Source of the DNA: Candidatus Cloacimonadota bacterium
GTDB taxonomy: Bacteria > Cloacimonadota > Cloacimonadia > G963667145
Direction of reading: 5' to 3'
NCBI GenBank assembly: GCA_963667255.1
Contig: OY762940.1
Coordinates: forward strand, 1,216,001-1,280,000
Length of the DNA stretch: 64,000 nt
Each line of letters begins with the position of its first letter. The stretch's first letter is position 1. Under the pieces are notes generated by a model that was not told where the DNA came from, did no database searches, and saw only the letters and a program-made list of their open reading frames with translations. Made by a program: the position numbers and the translations under genes. This document shows, one piece after another, positions 57,390 through 64,000 of the stretch.

Positions 57390-58988
57390 GTGAACGATTT
57401 TGAACAACTCGGATTAAACCACGAAATTTTAAAAACATTGCAGGCTTTAGATTTCACTACACCCACAGCTGTGCAAGCTGAAGCCATACCGCAAATTTTA
57501 GGCACAAATAACGACCTGATTATTTTATCACAAACAGGTTCTGGGAAGACCGCTACTTTCGGATTGCCGATGGTGCAGTCATTTGACAACACAAAGAAAA
57601 AAATACAATTTTTGATATTAACTCCTACTCGCGAGCTTGCCAAGCAAGTCTCACAAGAGTTAAAGGATTACTCCGCCAACACGGGCAGTTTCATAATAGC
57701 CAACATTCTTGGAGGAGAAGATGTCCAAAAGCAAATACAATCCATTCGCTCTCAACCCACTGTAATCGTGGGCACTCCGGGAAGAGTTTTGGAGTTGCTC
57801 AACCGAAAAATATTGGATTTGTCGGAGATAGACACATTGGTTTTGGACGAAGCAGACAGAATGTTGGAAATGGGCTTTTCCGAAGAGTTAAACGCCATCA
57901 TCCAATTCTTAAATCCTGATAAAAGGACTTTGCTCTTCTCCGCCACTATGAACAGGCAAGTGGAAAATTTGGCATCAAGTCAGTATATGATAAACCCCCA
58001 AAAAATAGTAATCGGGAAACAAAATAAATCTAATATCGACATTACTCACGATTACTATCTGTGCTCGGCAAAGCTTAAGCCGGATGTCTTAATGAGAATT
58101 TTGGATTATTATCCTGAGTTTTACGGAATAGTTTTTTGCCGAACCAAGCAAATATCCGAAGACCTCACCAAAATCTTGCAAAGAAAAAATTACAGTGCAG
58201 AGATTTTTAACAGCGATTTGTCTCAATCTGACAGAAGCAGAGTGATTAACAGTTTCAAAAACAAAAAAACTACTGTGCTGATAGCTACAGATTTGGCGAG
58301 CAGAGGCTTGGATGTGAAAAACCTCACACATGTTGTTAACTTTTCTCTGCCGGACAATACCGAAGACTACATTCACAGGAGCGGAAGAACAGCCAGAATT
58401 GGCAAGAAAGGGATTTGTCTATCCATCATCAGTCAGCGAGAAAAGAAAGCTCTGAATTTTCTTCAACAAAAATTAAACATATCCATTGTAGAGCAAAAAA
58501 TTCCCACGGGAGAACAGGTCTGCCAACATAATCTGCTACAACTCAAAAGAAAAATAGAATCTTTCCAACTTCCACCAGAGTTTGAAGGTTATGTTCAGGG
58601 TATTTATGACAGCTTCAATGAATTTTCCAAAGAAGAGTTAATCTGCTCGTTTGTCGGTTCACATTTGGCGGATTTATGGGAAAGATATCACAAAATTCCG
58701 GATTTGAATATAAGTGAAAAAGTTAATTTTGATATGCTTAAAATCAACTTGGGAAGCGATGACGATTTTCTGTTGTCCGACCTTTTCTCTCTGATGAAAT
58801 CCGCCCAAAAAAACACAAAGTTGGGTAAAATTAAGATAAAGAGAAAAGAAACCGATGTAGAGGTTGACGCTCAATTTTCGGACAAAATTGTCAAAAGCCT
58901 TAACAGTAAAAAGTTCGCTCATTTGCCAATCAAGGCTTGGAAAACTGTTCACAAGAAACGAAACAAAAAAGGCAGAAATTTCTCTTGA
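57390..58988 (+). CDS. DEAD-box RNA helicase (DeaD/CshA-like)
   Basis: Q motif, QTGSGKT, PTRELA, TPGR, DEAD, SAT, RGLD, HRSGRTAR. Confidence 0.95.
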   Translation: MNDFEQLGLNHEILKTLQALDFTTPTAVQAEAIPQILGTNNDLIILSQTGSGKTATFGLPMVQSFDNTKKKIQFLILTPTRELAKQVSQELKDYSANTGSFIIANILGGEDVQKQIQSIRSQPTVIVGTPGRVLELLNRKILDLSEIDTLVLDEADRMLEMGFSEELNAIIQFLNPDKRTLLFSATMNRQVENLASSQYMINPQKIVIGKQNKSNIDITHDYYLCSAKLKPDVLMRILDYYPEFYGIVFCRTKQISEDLTKILQRKNYSAEIFNSDLSQSDRSRVINSFKNKKTTVLIATDLASRGLDVKNLTHVVNFSLPDNTEDYIHRSGRTARIGKKGICLSIISQREKKALNFLQQKLNISIVEQKIPTGEQVCQHNLLQLKRKIESFQLPPEFEGYVQGIYDSFNEFSKEELICSFVGSHLADLWERYHKIPDLNISEKVNFDMLKINLGSDDDFLLSDLFSLMKSAQKNTKLGKIKIKRKETDVEVDAQFSDKIVKSLNSKKFAHLPIKAWKTVHKKRNKKGRNFS

Positions 58989-59110
58989 CTTTGACCTTTG
59001 ATTATAAATTTTTTCTCATAATTGCATAGAGAATGTTGCGGGGATTTGTTCCATATTGCACCGCAACATAAAAAAATAAATAGAAGTAATGCTAAAAAGG
59101 AGCTTTAAAA

Positions 59111-60259
59111 ATGAAAAAAAGTCTTTTCACTAGTGAATCGGTAACTGAAGGACATCCCGACAAGATTTGTGACCAAATCTCGGATTCCATTCTTGATGCC
59201 ATTTTCTCTCAAGATTCGGAGGCAAGAGTCGCTTGCGAAACTTTCGTAACTACAGGTATGGCACTGGTAGGTGGCGAAATTACCACCAGCTGTTATGTTG
59301 ACATCCCATCTGTAGTGCGGGAAACCCTAAGAAAAATCGGCTACACCAATGCGGATTACGGCATAGATGCCAAAACATGTGCTGTGATTACCACTATCGA
59401 CAAGCAATCTAGAGACATAGCTATGGGCGTGGACGAATATTCCCAACACGAACAAGGAGCGGGAGACCAAGGAATGATGTTTGGTTACGCCTGCAAAGAG
59501 ACCAAAGAGCTGATGCCTCTACCTATTATGCTCAGTCACAAACTCACCAAAAAACTTTCCGAAGTTCGCAAATCGGGAGAGTTGACCTATCTGAGACCTG
59601 ACGGCAAATCACAAGTAACTGTCGAATATTTGGACGACAAGCCTGTCAGAGTTGAGGCTGTAGTTATCTCCACTCAACACGACCCCGAAGTTACTTTGGA
59701 ACAAATTCGTGAAGACATTTTGGCGAAAGTGATTAGACCCGTTATAGACAAAAACCTCTTGGATGAAAACACCAAATTTCACATCAATCCTACGGGAAGA
59801 TTTGTTTTGGGTGGACCTCATGCAGATACAGGACTGACCGGTAGAAAAATCATCGTGGATACATACGGTGGCAAGGGTAGCCACGGGGGTGGCTGTTTTA
59901 GCGGGAAAGACCCGTCAAAAGTTGACAGAAGTGCTTCATATATGGCAAGATACATTGCCAAGAATATTGTCGCTGCCGATTTTGCCGATAGATGCGAAGT
60001 GGAACTCGCATATGCCATCGGAGTTGCCAACCCTGTTTCCGTTTTGGTAGATACCTTTGGCACTGGGAAAGTTGATGACGAAAAATTAGTGGAAGCCGTG
60101 AAAAAAGTGTTTCCTCTCAAACCTGCCGAACTTATCAAGCATCTGAATTTGAAAAGACCTATCTATGCCGAAACAGCCAGTTACGGTCACTTCGGTCGCG
60201 AGAATTTCCCTTGGGAAGCTACCGACATGGTGGACAAATTGAAAAACGCTTTGAAATAA
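59111..60259 (+). CDS. metK: S-adenosylmethionine synthetase
   Basis: [48 protein letters not shown]. Confidence 0.98.
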   Translation: MKKSLFTSESVTEGHPDKICDQISDSILDAIFSQDSEARVACETFVTTGMALVGGEITTSCYVDIPSVVRETLRKIGYTNADYGIDAKTCAVITTIDKQSRDIAMGVDEYSQHEQGAGDQGMMFGYACKETKELMPLPIMLSHKLTKKLSEVRKSGELTYLRPDGKSQVTVEYLDDKPVRVEAVVISTQHDPEVTLEQIREDILAKVIRPVIDKNLLDENTKFHINPTGRFVLGGPHADTGLTGRKIIVDTYGGKGSHGGGCFSGKDPSKVDRSASYMARYIAKNIVAADFADRCEVELAYAIGVANPVSVLVDTFGTGKVDDEKLVEAVKKVFPLKPAELIKHLNLKRPIYAETASYGHFGRENFPWEATDMVDKLKNALK

Positions 60260-60260
60260 G

Positions 60261-60845
60261 ATGCTGGCAAACCATCTGAAAAAATTTGAAGAACTGAAAT
60301 ACAAAGGGACACTAAGTGTCCCTTCTCTTTCTCTGCCTACAACCAAAAAGCACATCAGCCTCATCGGATTTATGGGCGTTGGTAAAACTACCATTTGCAA
60401 CGCTTTGGATACAAAAGGTTTGGATTTGGATTTTTTGATAGAGAAAGAGGCTATGCTAAAAATCTGCGACATCTTCAAAACCCACGGAGAGTCACATTTT
60501 CGCGAGTTGGAACTGAAAGTCCTAAAATCTGTAAGCAACCTGAGCGAGCCGATTTGCTTGGCTACCGGAGGTGGCATCATCACTCAAGAGCAAGCCAGAA
60601 AAGAGTTGCAAGAGAACTACTATAACATCTTCCTCTACTTGCCTTTGGAGACCATCGTAGGAAGGGTAAACTCCGACAAGAGAAGACCTTTGTTCTCTCA
60701 AGAGTTGGACAAACTGGAACAGCTTTTTATTTATAGATTGGATTGGTATCTCGAAGTTGCCGACTTGACCATCGACACGCGAGAATTTTCTACGGAAGAA
60801 ATTGCTAAATTAATTTTGTATTTGCTCGCAAAAATTAATCGATAG
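60261..60845 (+). CDS. aroK: Shikimate kinase
   Basis: GFMGVGKTT, DLD, GESHFRELE, ATGGG, RPL. Confidence 0.92.
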   Translation: MLANHLKKFEELKYKGTLSVPSLSLPTTKKHISLIGFMGVGKTTICNALDTKGLDLDFLIEKEAMLKICDIFKTHGESHFRELELKVLKSVSNLSEPICLATGGGIITQEQARKELQENYYNIFLYLPLETIVGRVNSDKRRPLFSQELDKLEQLFIYRLDWYLEVADLTIDTREFSTEEIAKLILYLLAKINR

Positions 60846-60850
60846 TTGCC

Positions 60851-62903
<2,053 letters not shown>

Positions 62904-64000
62904 CTAAACTCCTTCAGCCGTAAAATTCGTATTTTTTACCCTATCTATCAATTTGTCCGCATCGTTGTAAAAAGAGAAAAACATCAACGACATTATCAGG
63001 AGAAAGCCGACATATTGCAACTTCATTTGGATGCTCTCGGAAACGGGCTTCCTCAATATTCCCTCCAAAACTGCGAACAAAATCATACCACCGTCCAAAA
63101 TCGGAATAGGAAGCAAATTCATCACACACAACACCACATTGATGAAAGCGATGAAAACAAAAATGGAACTCGCACCTTTATTGGAAAAGCTCTTCGCAGA
63201 CTGAGAAATCATTATTGGTCCAGACAAATTGTCCGCCAAGTCAAGCGGATTTACCACCAATTTATACAACCCATAATAGTTTAGCCACACTGCAGAACCG
63301 GTCGCAAACAAACCGTTCTCTATAGATGTGAGGAAGCCGTAGGGAGCCTTGTTAAATGTAGCAAGAGGAGCGGTAATCCCAAATAGATATTTGCCCGAAA
63401 CTGGATCTTGTATAGGCTCAATCTCTCTTGTCAAAATCTGATTTCCCCGTGAAAACATCACCTTTACGCTTCCCGCTCCAATGATAACAAGCCCAATATC
63501 GTGCCAAGAAACTATCTCTTTGTCCTCAATTTGTAAAATCTTGTCGCCCTCTTTCAATCCCGCTTGATAGGCAGGCATACCCACAGCGACCTCGCCTATT
63601 ACAGGCTCAACAGCAGGATTTACGGAGAATTTGTCATCTATGGTAACAGCGAGCAAATCGCCATCTCTATTCACAATAAATTTTTTAGCATTCTCGCCTA
63701 TCTCCGACCAACTCCTTATCTTTTGACCATCAGCCTCCACGACAACATCACCTCGTTGAAAGCCCTGAGCGTTTTCGTTGATAACAGGCAAAAAATCTTG
63801 GTAAGAGACATTGAACATGAACGACATCACAAAAAATAGAGCCGCCACCAACAGATTAGCAAAAGGACCGGCAAAAGCTATGATAGATTTTTGCCACCAC
63901 GATTTACCAGAAAAAGAGTCCGGCTCAGCCGAAGCCTCTTTGATATTCTCGCCAAACATCTTAACATATCCGCCCAGAGGTATCAGAGATATTCGGAAAT
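62904..64000 (-). CDS. rseP: RIP metalloprotease RseP (5'-truncated by the window edge)
   Basis: The frame stays open to the window edge (RISLIPLGGYVKM); AGPFAN, PDZ domains, NLLPIPILDGG. Confidence 0.92.
   Translation of the reverse strand, partial: FRISLIPLGGYVKMFGENIKEASAEPDSFSGKSWWQKSIIAFAGPFANLLVAALFFVMSFMFNVSYQDFLPVINENAQGFQRGDVVVEADGQKIRSWSEIGENAKKFIVNRDGDLLAVTIDDKFSVNPAVEPVIGEVAVGMPAYQAGLKEGDKILQIEDKEIVSWHDIGLVIIGAGSVKVMFSRGNQILTREIEPIQDPVSGKYLFGITAPLATFNKAPYGFLTSIENGLFATGSAVWLNYYGLYKLVVNPLDLADNLSGPIMISQSAKSFSNKGASSIFVFIAFINVVLCVMNLLPIPILDGGMILFAVLEGILRKPVSESIQMKLQYVGFLLIMSLMFFSFYNDADKLIDRVKNTNFTAEGV

Noticed and set aside
57208..57438. 77-aa N-terminal extension on HisF in the ORF track
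   Set aside because: It spans the divergent promoter region and overlaps the DEAD-box gene; the family start MLTTRIIPCLDV is at 57207.

Overview
This 64 kb window is gene-dense, AT-rich bacterial chromosome from a diderm anaerobe (kdsA, Lol- and Mla-type permeases, Na+-translocating decarboxylase, phosphate butyryltransferase). An FCB-group lineage such as Cloacimonadota is my impression and is not verified. Most of it is housekeeping genes in scrambled order: dnaG, psd, lysA, fusA, dnaB, gmk, polA, pgk, truA, queA, ddl, groL, ilvE, hslO, kdsA, hisF, metK, aroK, dprA, obgE, rseP, and two tRNAs. The clear outlier is a ~3.6 kb low-GC insert (about 8601-12192) between lysA and an HD-domain gene. 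It carries two co-oriented paralogous genes. One encodes [PNP/MTA-nucleosidase]-[degenerate Ppx/GppA-type ASKHA]-[NDT-like N-glycosidase], the other [intact-looking Ppx/GppA-type ASKHA]-[NDT-like N-glycosidase]. I do not recognise this architecture from a named system and propose it as a candidate nucleotide-depleting anti-phage/conflict system. It has cassette-like ends and a structured leader. Other observations are two small genes missing from the ORF track (a bS22/AURKAIP1-like ribosomal protein and a CD1871A-type CxxC peptide), a frameshifted mlaF, an internal in-frame start in oadA, a CIRCE-controlled groL with no adjacent groS, a recurring non-canonical promoter (TTGACN-N16-AAAGTT), and a structured metK leader. 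No database searches were run; all calls rest on motif recognition.
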